From assembly GCA_041690395.1 (NCBI GenBank), contig JAWLHJ010000004.1, positions 401,365 through 465,364 on the forward strand: DNA of 64,000 nt, in the 5' to 3' direction. The number at the start of each line of letters is the position of its first letter. The stretch's first letter is position 1. Below are positions 37,576 to 47,054 of this stretch, in pieces. The stretch is from Longimicrobiales bacterium (GTDB taxonomy: Bacteria > Gemmatimonadota > Gemmatimonadetes > Longimicrobiales > Gaopeijiaceae). The notes below the pieces were generated by a model. It saw nothing but the letters and a program-made list of their open reading frames with translations. It was not told where the DNA came from and made no database searches. The translations under genes were made by a program, and so were the position numbers.

Positions 37576-37947
37576 ATGAAGTTCCTCGTGTTGCTGTACG
37601 CCGAGCCCGATGCCTGGCCTCCCGACGAGCATCAGGAAGCCCTCGCCGAATCCGTGGACCTCTGCCACGAGCTGCACGGCAAGCGGCAGTATGTCTCCGC
37701 GGCGCCGCTCCAGCCGGTCACGACGGCCGTCAGCGTCCGCGTCCGTGACGGCAAACGCATCGTCACGGACGGGCCCTTCGCCGAAACGAAGGAGCACCTC
37801 GGCGGCTACTTCCTCATCGACGTCGCCAGCCTCGACGAGGCGATCGAGATCGCCTCCCGGATTCCGGGCGCGCGTCGGGGAACGGCCGAGATTCGCCCCA
37901 TCGTGGAGCTGCCGGACCTTCCGGACACCGGGGCCGGGTCGACGTGA
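37576..37947 (+). CDS. YCII/DGPF domain protein
   Basis: 'VTDGPFAETKEHLGGYFLI', 'EIRP'. Confidence 0.93.
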   Translation: MKFLVLLYAEPDAWPPDEHQEALAESVDLCHELHGKRQYVSAAPLQPVTTAVSVRVRDGKRIVTDGPFAETKEHLGGYFLIDVASLDEAIEIASRIPGARRGTAEIRPIVELPDLPDTGAGST

Positions 37948-38005
37948 GGCGAACCGATCCGCGACCCAGGCTTCGACGACGGGCGCGAGCGGGCGGCCGG
38001 AGGCC

Positions 38006-38524
38006 TCACCCCATCGTCTTCACGTACTCCACCATCTGATCGAGCACCGTGCCCCACCCGTCGTAGAAGCCCATCTCCTCGTGCTTCGCGCGCGCCTCGG
38101 GGTCACCGTGGATGGCGCGGGCCACGTAACGCGTGCCCGAGCCCTCGGGCTCCATCGTGACGACGGCCGTGAAGAACGGCTCGGCGGATGGCCGGTAGCC
38201 GGGGCCCAGCGCGTCCGTCCACACCAGGCGCCGGTTCTCGACGACCTCGAGGTAGCAGCCGGGGGAGCTCGGCATGACCTCGCCCTCGGGGTTCCGCATG
38301 GCGACCCGGAAGACGCCGCCCGGTCGCAGGTCGATCTCGACCTCCGCGATGCTCCACGGACGCGGGACGAACCATTCCTTGAGATGCTCGGGGCGGGTCC
38401 AGGCCTTCCAGACCAGTTCGGGGGGCACGTCCACCACACGCTCGAGCACGAGATCGCGCTCCGGGTCGTGGTCGGCGGGAAGCTCCGCCCCTCCGGTCCG
38501 ATGTCCGTCCGCTCGCTGGATCAT
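38006..38524 (-). CDS. SRPBCC/AHSA1 family protein
   Basis: '[15 protein letters not shown]', 'DLRPGG', '[10 protein letters not shown]'. Confidence 0.92.
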   Translation of the reverse strand: MIQRADGHRTGGAELPADHDPERDLVLERVVDVPPELVWKAWTRPEHLKEWFVPRPWSIAEVEIDLRPGGVFRVAMRNPEGEVMPSSPGCYLEVVENRRLVWTDALGPGYRPSAEPFFTAVVTMEPEGSGTRYVARAIHGDPEARAKHEEMGFYDGWGTVLDQMVEYVKTMG

Positions 38525-38877
38525 GGGCTTTCCTCGTCGTCGGGTGCGCGGTCGCGCAGTTGAAGGAGATAGTCGTCGAGCCGGTCGAGACGTCCGGTCC
38601 ACAAGGCTCGCTGGGCTCCGAGCCATCCCTCGGCTTCGGCCAGCGCCGTGGGCGCGAGGCGGTAGGTCCGCACCCTGCCCTCCTTCGTCGAGTCGACGAG
38701 GCCTCCCGACTCCAGCACGCCGAGGTGCTGCATGAACGACGGGAGCGCCATGTCGAACGGCTCGGCGAGCTCGCTGACGGACGCGGGCCCACGGGATAGC
38801 CGCTCGACCACCGCCAGGCGCGCGGGGTGGGAGAGTGCGTGGAAGACGCGATCCAGCTCGGGACGTCGTATAGCCAT
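38521..38877 (-). CDS. ArsR/SmtB family regulator
   Basis: '[10 protein letters not shown]', '[22 protein letters not shown]', 'GRVR'. Confidence 0.92.
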   Translation of the reverse strand: MAIRRPELDRVFHALSHPARLAVVERLSRGPASVSELAEPFDMALPSFMQHLGVLESGGLVDSTKEGRVRTYRLAPTALAEAEGWLGAQRALWTGRLDRLDDYLLQLRDRAPDDEESP

Positions 38878-39110
38878 ATACCTAAGTATTGCGACACACG
38901 ACGGGTAGGTCAATGCCTAACTATTGGCCGAGCCGGGCGCACGTAACACGCGCGGGCCATCCCGCTCAGAAACACATGTTTCTGCCGACCCGAGGCACTT
39001 TTTTCCTGCTTTTGCGCCGATTCACGGCTGGAAACGCATGTTTTTGAGCTTTCGGGCGTGGCGCGTGGGTTGCTCCGAACGGGGCATTCACCTCAACAGG
39101 AGGACTCGTC

Positions 39111-39659
39111 ATGTCCCGTTCCATCGTCATGGCACTCGCGCTCGTGGCGGCACTGGTCGTCGCTCCGCAGCACGCGGACGCCCAGGCGCCCCAGACGCGT
39201 GAGGGCTTCTTCATCGGCTTCGGCCTCGGTGGCGGCTCGTTCGGGTGTGCCGACTGTGGAGACCGTCAGTCGGGCATCAGCGGTCAGCTCAACCTCGGCG
39301 GCGCGCTCAGCGACCAGCTGCTGCTCGGCGTGCTGTCCAGCGGATGGACCAAGGAAGAGGGCGGCGCCCGGCTCACGCACGCCAACGTCAGCGCCATGCT
39401 CCAGTACTATCCGTCGCCGGCATCGGGGCTCTACCTCCGGGGCGGCGTGGGCTTCTCGACCCTCGAGGTCAGCGCGTCGAGCGGCGGGCTCACGTTGAGC
39501 GGAAGCGAGAGCGGCCTCGGCGTCTCGGCGGGCCTCGGCTACGACATCCGCACGGGTAGCAACTTCTCCGTCAGCCCCTACGGCGTCTTCCAGTGGGGTG
39601 ATTTCGACGGCGGGAGCGCGAACACCATCCAGATCGGCCTCGGCGTGCAGTGGCATTGA
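39111..39659 (+). CDS. Outer-membrane beta-barrel protein
   Basis: AGGAGG RBS, signal peptide, amphipathic beta strands, C-terminal 'GLGVQWH'. Confidence 0.8.
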   Translation: MSRSIVMALALVAALVVAPQHADAQAPQTREGFFIGFGLGGGSFGCADCGDRQSGISGQLNLGGALSDQLLLGVLSSGWTKEEGGARLTHANVSAMLQYYPSPASGLYLRGGVGFSTLEVSASSGGLTLSGSESGLGVSAGLGYDIRTGSNFSVSPYGVFQWGDFDGGSANTIQIGLGVQWH

Positions 39660-39669
39660 TCCGGCCCAG

Positions 39670-39714
39670 ACCCGGCATCCGCTCCGTCCTCGCATGGACG
39701 GACGGGTGCCGGGT
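39670..39714. terminator. GC-rich stem-loop between convergent genes
   Basis: ACCCGGCATCCG-CTCCGTCC...GGACGGA-CGGGTGCCGGGT; no U-tract. Confidence 0.5.
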
Positions 39715-39744
39715 GCGGTCCGAGCCCGCGCCGCGCATTCCCCC

Positions 39745-41247
39745 TCAGCGCCGCCTCAAGCGCTGATCGCCCGGTAGAACGATCGTGCTGACCGTCCCGT
39801 CGTCGTCCCGTTCGAACGTCAGGGTCTGGGCGTCGGAGGCGTCGAAGAAGCTATCGTCGACCCCGGCATCCGCGTGCAACGTGTAGGTCCCCTGCTCCGG
39901 CACGTCGAACAGGAGGACCCCGTCGCCCGCTCGCATCGTGACCACGAAGTCCGGCTCATCCTCGAGCTCGTATTCGCCGGCGTACTCGGCGAGCTTCGTG
40001 GCCTCGAGCATCCTGTGCGCCCGCACCTCCGCGCGCGGCCTCGGCCAGTCGTAGGCATCCGCCAGCGCGCGTAGCACCTCGGCGGCGAGTTGGGCGCCGC
40101 GGTCGCCGTTGGTCATCACGACGGCGCCGTCGCCCAGGGCCGGGAAGACGATCCACTGGGCGCGGAACCCCGCGTTCGATCCGCCGTGGCCGAAGCTGAG
40201 CGTCTCGCCCTCCCCTTCGATGCCGAACCCGAGGCCGTACGAGTCGAACCCCTCCTCGCCGAAGCGGTGCGGCTCGAGCATGGTCTCCAGGGTCGCCCGC
40301 GATACGACCCCGTCCGGCGCGCTTCCTCCGAGGATATCGAGCAGATGCCCGGACAGGGTCAGGAGATCGGAGGGGGTAGTCCACAGGCCGGCCGCCGCCT
40401 GCTCTGGGTAGTTGTGCCATTCCCCTTCGACCTCCGAGCCGTCACCCCGGTGACCGCGCGAGGCCTCACCCCAGCGGCCGGGAGGGAGCGGCTGCTCGTA
40501 CGTCGAGCGTGCCATACCCGCGGGATCGAGGACGCGCTCCCGCATCGCCTGTTCGAACGGGTGGCCCGTGACGTCCTCGACCATCTGCTCCATGACCGTG
40601 TATCCCCCTCCGGAATACAGCCATGCGATACCCGGCTCGCGGAACACGCGCACGGAGTCCGTATTGCCGTGACCGTCGAGCACGTCGACGTTCGTCGCGA
40701 CTTCCTCGCCGTCCGCGAACGGCTGATCCTTCCGGTATCCGGGGAAGCCCCAGACCGTGAGGCCGGCCGTGTGCGACAGGATCCCGCGCAGGGTGACCGC
40801 CGAGTCGGCCGTGAACCGGTTCTCGGGGACCTGCCAGCTGGTCAGATGCACATTCACCGGATCGTCGAGGCCCAGGATCCCCTCCTCCGCGAGGCTCATC
40901 GCGCCGAGCGCCGCGACGGGCTTAGAGATCGACGCGGCCTGGAACAGCGTGGTCGACGTGACCGGCGCTCCGGTCTCGGTGTCCGCGACGCCCCAACCCC
41001 GTGCCCACGCGATCTCGCCGTCGTCGAGCACCGCGACACTGAGGCCCGGTACCGCGTAGTGAGCCAGCCGGTCGGTGATCGTATGCGTGACCAAGGGCTC
41101 GCCCTCGAGCTGGACCGCCGGCCGGAGGCTCGAGGCGATCTGGTCCGGGCCGGGCGTCGCGGCGCCACGTCCGTCCGCGGACGGATCGCACGCGGTGGCG
41201 TGCAGCAGGAGGACGGCTACGAGGATGGGGGTCGGGGGAGATCTCAT
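39745..41247 (-). CDS. Serine hydrolase (beta-lactamase/AmpC-like family) lipoprotein
   Basis: SxxK 'AASISK', 'YSGGGY', 'HGGSNAGF'; lipobox-like ATAC. Confidence 0.9.
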   Translation of the reverse strand: MRSPPTPILVAVLLLHATACDPSADGRGAATPGPDQIASSLRPAVQLEGEPLVTHTITDRLAHYAVPGLSVAVLDDGEIAWARGWGVADTETGAPVTSTTLFQAASISKPVAALGAMSLAEEGILGLDDPVNVHLTSWQVPENRFTADSAVTLRGILSHTAGLTVWGFPGYRKDQPFADGEEVATNVDVLDGHGNTDSVRVFREPGIAWLYSGGGYTVMEQMVEDVTGHPFEQAMRERVLDPAGMARSTYEQPLPPGRWGEASRGHRGDGSEVEGEWHNYPEQAAAGLWTTPSDLLTLSGHLLDILGGSAPDGVVSRATLETMLEPHRFGEEGFDSYGLGFGIEGEGETLSFGHGGSNAGFRAQWIVFPALGDGAVVMTNGDRGAQLAAEVLRALADAYDWPRPRAEVRAHRMLEATKLAEYAGEYELEDEPDFVVTMRAGDGVLLFDVPEQGTYTLHADAGVDDSFFDASDAQTLTFERDDDGTVSTIVLPGDQRLRRR

Positions 41248-41305
41248 GTCGGATGCGCTTGCTTTCGGGTGCTGGCGGTCGGGTCGGCGCCGGGGAGGTG
41301 CCAAC

Positions 41306-42481
41306 CTATGGGTCCGCGCCACGCCCGGGCCAGCCGTCGCCCCGGCCACCAGCGCCCAGTAGCGCGCCCATGCGTGCGGCCAGAGCGAGCGGCTCGTGCA
41401 CGAGTTGCTTCCACGTGACCCGGACGACCCGCAGGCCCGTGCGTGACAGATCCGCGTCCCGGACCCGGTCCCCTTCGAACGAGCGGCGAGACCCGTGGTA
41501 CGCGAAGCCGTCGACCTCGACGACAAGGCCCGCGTTCGGCCAATGGAAGTCCACTTCGTACCCGGACACGACTTGGTTCACGCGCGGACCCGGCAGCCCC
41601 GAGCGTCTCAACAGGCGGAGGAATCGCGCTTCGGCCTCGGAGCGGGTGAGCCGAGGCCCGTCGTCGCCGAGCGCATCGATGAGGCGACGTCCACCGGGGC
41701 GTCCCTTGTATCGTCGGCCGACCGTGACCAGCTCGTCCGGAGTGACCCGTCCACAGGCGAGGGCTTCCGAGATAGCCCTCTCGAGGCCCCGAGGCCGCAG
41801 CATACGAGCAAGATCGAACAGCGTGCGGCCGGGGGTGGTGATGGGCACGCCGTCGAGAACCGTCGTCTCGTCGGGCTCCAGTTCCTCCGGGCGATGGGTC
41901 GCGATGCCCGGCCGACGCGTCCCTCCCCCGGGGCGGATGATGACGTCCACCGTCCGGCGGCGTCCGGCTCGGACGAAGCCCCAGACGACGGCCGCAGAGC
42001 GATGGCTCAGGACCGCGGCGGGCCCGCACGCCAGGCACGCGGCCGTCTCGAGCGCGAGGGGCGGCAGGACCGGACCGACCAGGTAAACGCCGCGGTGGAG
42101 CCGCCTCAGCCGCCCCGACTCGAGTCGCCGGTCGATCATGCCCTTCGAGACGCCGGCGCCGCGGAGCTGTCGGCGGGTCACGACCCCGTGTTGGCGGGCG
42201 GCCAGGCGATCGGCGATCTGGTCGAAGGTCGGGCGGGGGGCGGGCGGGCCGGGCGCGGGGGTGCGGGAGGCCGCTGGGGTGCGGGCGGGCGCGGGGGTGC
42301 GGGCGGGCGCGGGGGCGGGCGCGCGGCCTGGGCCGGCCGGGCTGACGCTTTCGGCCGGGCCCGCCGCGCGTTCGCGCGGGCTGACGCGTTCGGGTGGCCC
42401 CCCGCGACGCGGGACCGCCGCGGGCTCGGGTGAGCCCGGGCGGGGAGAACTGCACGATCCTGCACGGTCGGTCCGGGACAT
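41306..42481 (-). CDS. AbiEi-type HTH plus DUF559 (Vsr-like) endonuclease domain protein
   Basis: 'LAARQHGVVTRRQL', 'LHRGVY', 'VLSHRSAA..WG', 'TTPGRTLFDLA', 'EVDF.W', 'VEVDGFAYH'; start ATG 42481 follows GAGGAAA. Confidence 0.82.
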   Translation of the reverse strand: MSRTDRAGSCSSPRPGSPEPAAVPRRGGPPERVSPRERAAGPAESVSPAGPGRAPAPAPARTPAPARTPAASRTPAPGPPAPRPTFDQIADRLAARQHGVVTRRQLRGAGVSKGMIDRRLESGRLRRLHRGVYLVGPVLPPLALETAACLACGPAAVLSHRSAAVVWGFVRAGRRRTVDVIIRPGGGTRRPGIATHRPEELEPDETTVLDGVPITTPGRTLFDLARMLRPRGLERAISEALACGRVTPDELVTVGRRYKGRPGGRRLIDALGDDGPRLTRSEAEARFLRLLRRSGLPGPRVNQVVSGYEVDFHWPNAGLVVEVDGFAYHGSRRSFEGDRVRDADLSRTGLRVVRVTWKQLVHEPLALAARMGALLGAGGRGDGWPGRGADP

Positions 42482-42618
42482 GGTGGGTTTTCCTCGCTGA
42501 GCGGGGCAAAGTGCACAGTGGGGGGGCGCCGTCCGGATCTCTGAGCGGTTGTCCCCGCATAGCGGGGACAATCCATACAGTCGTCCGCTGGACCCGCACG
42601 ATCGTGCAGTTCTCCCCG
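42441..42618. repeat. 178-bp element with perfect 19-bp terminal inverted repeats
   Basis: CGGGGAGAACTGCACGATC (42441-59) / GATCGTGCAGTTCTCCCCG (42600-18); internal hairpin TTGTCCCCGC-ATA-GCGGGGACAA (42549-71). Confidence 0.85.
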
Positions 42619-42681
42619 AGCGCCGGGCCACCGGGCCGCTCGGCCACCGCGCCACCGAGCCGCCGAGCCGCCGGGCCGCCG

Positions 42682-42960
42682 CGCCGGGCCGATGGTCGCG
42701 GCCGGGTAGCCCGGCTTGCCGGCCCGATTACCACGGCCGGGCAGCCCGCCCCGCCCCCCACCCAACATCCGCTGTACGGTGCGCCAGGAGGATGGCCGAA
42801 TGGGCGAGTCGCTCGGTCAGGTAGGCCCACGGCCCGGCCGTCCGCCCCGCCGAGCCGCTGGCCACCGGGCCGCCGGGCCGCCGGGCCGCCGGGCCGATGG
42901 TCGCGGCCGGGTAGCCCGGCTTGCCGGCCCGATCACCACGGCCGGGCAGCCCGCCCCGCC
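42682..42960 (+). repeat. 74-bp direct repeat pair
   Basis: 42682-42755 and 42887-42960 differ at one position. Confidence 0.85.
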
Positions 42961-43122
42961 GCCCCCGGGCCGGCCACCCGTCAGGGGATGGTTGGTTGGC
43001 CCACCCCGACCCCGCGCCGCCCGTCACGGATGGTTGGTTGGTTGGATGGGCGCCCACCCCGCCGGCCTGCGCCCACCCCGCCGGCCCGCCCCCCGCGGCC
43101 AGCCGTGCCCGCCAACCCTTCC

Positions 43123-44613
43123 CTACCGCACCCCCACCAGCCCCCGCACGGTCTCGATGAGGGCGGGTGCGTCCCACCCGATCCCGTGGCGGAAGACAAT
43201 CCGGGTGTCGCGGATGTGCCCCATCGACTCGACGTCGCCCTCGATGACGACGAGGTCCGCCGCCTTGCCGGCCTCGACCGTGCCGACCTCCCCGTCGATG
43301 CCCAGCACCTTCGCGCCGTTCGCGCTCATGATCTGGACGACCTCGACGGGCGTGAAGCCGGCCTCGAGCAGGAGCTCGAAGTTGCGCTGGTCACCGAACC
43401 CGGGAGGCGCGGCGCCGTAGCCGGTGGGATCGACGCCGGCTCCGAGCAGCCCCCCGGCCTCGACGAACGCCTTCTCGTACTCGAGCGCCTTCTGGTAGAC
43501 CGCGGGGTCGATGGCACCGCGGCCGGCCCGCCGGTCCTCGGCGATCTGGCGAACCTCTTCGGCGATCTCGGGCGCGAGGATGTCGTAGACCCGCTCCTCG
43601 ATGGGTGGGCGGTCCGCGACGGAGATCTCGTACACGACGAGCGTCGAGGTCATGGGTACGCCGGCCTCGATCATGTCACGGAAGGTCGCCTGGACCTCGG
43701 GGCTCTGGACGTCGAGATCGGCGTAACCGCTCCGGAAGCCCGGCGGGCACTCGTCCGGCCGCTTGTTCGGGTCGTACTCGCTGTTCGCGAACAGGCCGTG
43801 CTCCAGGTTGTCGATGCCGAGCGCGACGGCCTCACGGTATCCGACGGAGCAAAGGTGAGCGGTGACTTTCACCCCGTGCTGGTGCGCCTCCTCGATGGCG
43901 GCTCCGAGCTCGGCCCGGCTGATCCACGTATACGCCTTGAACCAGTCCACGCCCTCCTCGGACCAGTAGCGGACCACACGCCGCGCCTGTTCGGGGCCCT
44001 CGAGGCGGGTCATGCTGACCGGTCCCTGTTCGCCGGTCAGGTACGGACCGGTCGTGAACATCGTGGGTCCGACCGCGTTTCCGACGTCGATCTCGCGCTT
44101 CAGGTTGAGCTCTTCGTAGGGATAGCGGGCGCCCGTCGTCCGGATCGTGGTGATGCCGGAGGCGAGGTAGAGCCGGGATCCGCTGAACGAGAGCTGGGCC
44201 GCGCGGCCGAAGCCCCCCGTGTAGTAGCTGTGGTTGTGGAGTCCGACGAGCCCGGGGATCACCGTGTGGCCCGACAGGTCACGCACCTCGGCACCGGCCG
44301 GCACCTGCACGGAGCCGGTGGCGCCCACCGCGGTGATCCGGTCGCCTTCGATGACCACCGTCTGGCCGGTCCGCGCGGGGGCACCGGTGCCGTCGATCAC
44401 CTTCACGTTGGTGAGTGCGACCACGGGGGCGTCGACCGCGACGAGATCAGCGAACTCGGCCGGCGCACGCTGCTGGGCGGCGGCCGGAGCGGGCGCGGCG
44501 ACCATCGGGACGAGGAGCGCCATAGCAAGAAGAAGGGCCGCCGTGCGATGCCCCACCGCAGGAACGCCCACCGCCCCTGCATCACCCGCACCCGCCAGTC
44601 GTCGATTCCTCAT
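43123..44613 (-). CDS. Secreted amidohydrolase family protein
   Basis: 'IPGLVGLHNH', 'WFKAY', 'VTAH', 'LEHG', 'GTVEAGKAADLV'; same family as 5255-6646. Confidence 0.9.
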   Translation of the reverse strand: MRNRRLAGAGDAGAVGVPAVGHRTAALLLAMALLVPMVAAPAPAAAQQRAPAEFADLVAVDAPVVALTNVKVIDGTGAPARTGQTVVIEGDRITAVGATGSVQVPAGAEVRDLSGHTVIPGLVGLHNHSYYTGGFGRAAQLSFSGSRLYLASGITTIRTTGARYPYEELNLKREIDVGNAVGPTMFTTGPYLTGEQGPVSMTRLEGPEQARRVVRYWSEEGVDWFKAYTWISRAELGAAIEEAHQHGVKVTAHLCSVGYREAVALGIDNLEHGLFANSEYDPNKRPDECPPGFRSGYADLDVQSPEVQATFRDMIEAGVPMTSTLVVYEISVADRPPIEERVYDILAPEIAEEVRQIAEDRRAGRGAIDPAVYQKALEYEKAFVEAGGLLGAGVDPTGYGAAPPGFGDQRNFELLLEAGFTPVEVVQIMSANGAKVLGIDGEVGTVEAGKAADLVVIEGDVESMGHIRDTRIVFRHGIGWDAPALIETVRGLVGVR

Positions 44614-47048
44614 GACCCTCCCTCCACGTCGAATACGAACCTCATGCCGGCCTCGAGGTGCTCGGCGATGTGACAGTGCACCATCCAGCGGCCCGGATTG
44701 GATATCTCGAGCAGAATGTCCGTCGTGGACCCCGCGGGCAACAGCACGGTGTCTTTCCAGCCGAGATGCTCGTTCAGTACGCCGTTCTGCGAGAGCACCA
44801 GAAACCGTTGTCCGTGGATGTGAAGCGGGTGCTGCATCGCGTGGAAGGAAGTCCGGTCGTTGTGCACCCGGAGCTTCACGACGTCGCCCACGCTGAAGCG
44901 CCAGTCGATGTCCATGTTCTCGCGCCCCGACCGCACGTCGCGAAGGACCCATCGCACACTACGCGCCGACACCGCCCAGTTCATCATGGGCATCGTCCCG
45001 GTCCATTCGACCGGATTGAAGTAGGCCCAGTCGTACCGCATGGACTGCTCGATGGTCATCGGCAGCGAATCCGCCTGCAGCTCCATGACGAGCTCGTGCG
45101 TCACCGGGTCGTCGAATCGGTCGCGCACCCGGTCGATGTCCCAAATGACGTCGTCGTGCTCGCGGAGCACGCCGAACGCCCCGGTCAGGTCGCGCGTCGG
45201 CGCCTCACCCGCCACCGTGACGCGGCCGAGCTCGGTCCGCTCCTCGAGGAAGAGGCCCTGTCGGTGGTTGATCCCCTGGACGTGGTTGACGAGGACCCAG
45301 CTCCCGGCCTCGGGAAAGCGCACGTCGACCACGTACCGCTCGGCCGGCCCGAGGACGACGCTCTCCGCACGGCTCTCCCGCTCGAAGCGGCCCACGTCGG
45401 TGGCGACGACCTTGAGCGGGAGCACGTCGGGGCCGGTGAGGTCCGCGGCGGCATCGGGCCCGGCGGCCAGGCGAGCACCGCCCTCCGTCCCGGCCGTGCC
45501 CTCGGCCACCGCGCCTTCCGGCTCCCCAGCCCGCTGGAACGACAAGTTGAACGTCCGCGTGTTGGCCGCGTTCGTGAGGAAGAACCGCACGACCTCGCCG
45601 GGTCTCGCCTCGAGCCAGTAGTCGGGCTCGCCGTTCACCAGGAGCGTGTTGCCGAACCGTCCCATCAGCGCATGGGTCGCGCCCTCCGCGCCGAAGGGCA
45701 CGACGCCGCGCTCGTCCACGAGCAGGTCGTCGAGCATGAGGACCTCCTCGCGGTGGACCGGGCTCCACGCGTCCGGATCGGGAGGGTCGACCCGCAGGTT
45801 GCCGTAGAGCCCGAGCTCCTGCTGGACGTCCTCGCGGTGGTGCGGATGGTACCAGTAGATCCCCTCGTCCGGGAAGTGGATGCGGTACTGGAACCGTCCC
45901 CCTGGCGACACGGGGTCTTGGGTGACACCGGGCACGCCATCGAAGGCGTTGTCGAGGCGGATGCCGTGCCAGTGAACGGCGGTCGGGAACGGCGTGTCGT
46001 TCGTGAAGTTCACGAAGATGGTCGTGTTGGCGGCCACCTGGATCAGCGGCCCCGGGTGCTGCCCGTTGAAGGCGAGCATCTCGATCTCGCGGCCGCCGAC
46101 CTGCTTGCGGACGAAGCCAGCCGTGAGGTCGAGCGTGCCCCCGTCCGGCAGGCGGACGACATCGCGCGGCCGCACCATGGGCGGCGGGCCGGCGTCCTCG
46201 GGCGCCCGCACGCGGAGCGGCGCCACGTCGGGCTCGAGGGCCATCATGCCGGGCAGCATCTGCACGCCCTCGTACCCGGGCGGCATGGCCCATCCGGAGT
46301 CGCCCGCGCCCGCCATGTCCCCTCCGGCGTGCCCGGCGTGTGCGTCGTCCGGCACTCCGCCGGCCACGGCGGCCCCCGGCGCTCCACCGCCCACGGCGCC
46401 CACGGCACCCTCCGCGTCCCCGGGCGCCCCACCCCCGGGCTCCCCGCCCCCACGCTCCTCCGCGGCCGGCGCGAGCGCGAGGAGGTCGTGAGCTTCCATG
46501 AACGAGGACGGCGACCGGCCGCGGAGCACGAGCGGGCCCTCCCGCTCGGTCACGTCCGCGGACGACTCGGCGGAGATCCAGACCAGGTACTTGCCGAACG
46601 CGATCTCACCGAGCTCCGACGTCCCCTCCCCCACCGCGCCCAGGCGCACGACCGGGTCCAGCTCGAGCGGCGTCGCCCACGCCACGAACGCGTTGTAGGG
46701 GCCCAGCGAAGCGGGGTCGGGCAGCCCCTCGACCCTGACGGACAGCCGGTGGATGTGCCGCCCCTCCGGCGTGACGGTGACGCCGAACGGTGACGCGGGC
46801 CGCTCGAGCGTGACCACTCCCCGTGCATCGCCTCCGGCCGCGGCGGGGATCAGCTCGATGCAACGCAGGTCCCACGCCGGTGGTGGCGCGCCCGCCCCCC
46901 GGCGCTCGGGTGAGTCGGGCCGGGGGACGTCCATGGGGCACCGGGCATCTTCTAGGGTCTGGCCGGCCAGGGGCGCCCGAGCACCCGCGGCCACGACCCA
47001 TGCGAGCGCCAGGACCGCGCCCCTCGAGAGACAGTGCCCGCGGTCCAT
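44610..47048 (-). CDS. Multicopper oxidase with N-terminal extension
   Basis: HWHG, WYHPH, HPLHIHG, HCHIAEHLEAGM. Confidence 0.93.
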   Translation of the reverse strand: MDRGHCLSRGAVLALAWVVAAGARAPLAGQTLEDARCPMDVPRPDSPERRGAGAPPPAWDLRCIELIPAAAGGDARGVVTLERPASPFGVTVTPEGRHIHRLSVRVEGLPDPASLGPYNAFVAWATPLELDPVVRLGAVGEGTSELGEIAFGKYLVWISAESSADVTEREGPLVLRGRSPSSFMEAHDLLALAPAAEERGGGEPGGGAPGDAEGAVGAVGGGAPGAAVAGGVPDDAHAGHAGGDMAGAGDSGWAMPPGYEGVQMLPGMMALEPDVAPLRVRAPEDAGPPPMVRPRDVVRLPDGGTLDLTAGFVRKQVGGREIEMLAFNGQHPGPLIQVAANTTIFVNFTNDTPFPTAVHWHGIRLDNAFDGVPGVTQDPVSPGGRFQYRIHFPDEGIYWYHPHHREDVQQELGLYGNLRVDPPDPDAWSPVHREEVLMLDDLLVDERGVVPFGAEGATHALMGRFGNTLLVNGEPDYWLEARPGEVVRFFLTNAANTRTFNLSFQRAGEPEGAVAEGTAGTEGGARLAAGPDAAADLTGPDVLPLKVVATDVGRFERESRAESVVLGPAERYVVDVRFPEAGSWVLVNHVQGINHRQGLFLEERTELGRVTVAGEAPTRDLTGAFGVLREHDDVIWDIDRVRDRFDDPVTHELVMELQADSLPMTIEQSMRYDWAYFNPVEWTGTMPMMNWAVSARSVRWVLRDVRSGRENMDIDWRFSVGDVVKLRVHNDRTSFHAMQHPLHIHGQRFLVLSQNGVLNEHLGWKDTVLLPAGSTTDILLEISNPGRWMVHCHIAEHLEAGMRFVFDVEGGS

Positions 47049-47054
47049 CCCGGT

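Noticed and set aside
39745..41247. True beta-lactamase resistance gene
   Set aside because: The YSG and HGG motifs fit the broad serine hydrolase family; activity cannot be inferred
42220..43125. CRISPR array
   Set aside because: Only two copies of the 74-bp repeat, no regular repeat-spacer period, and no cas genes in the window
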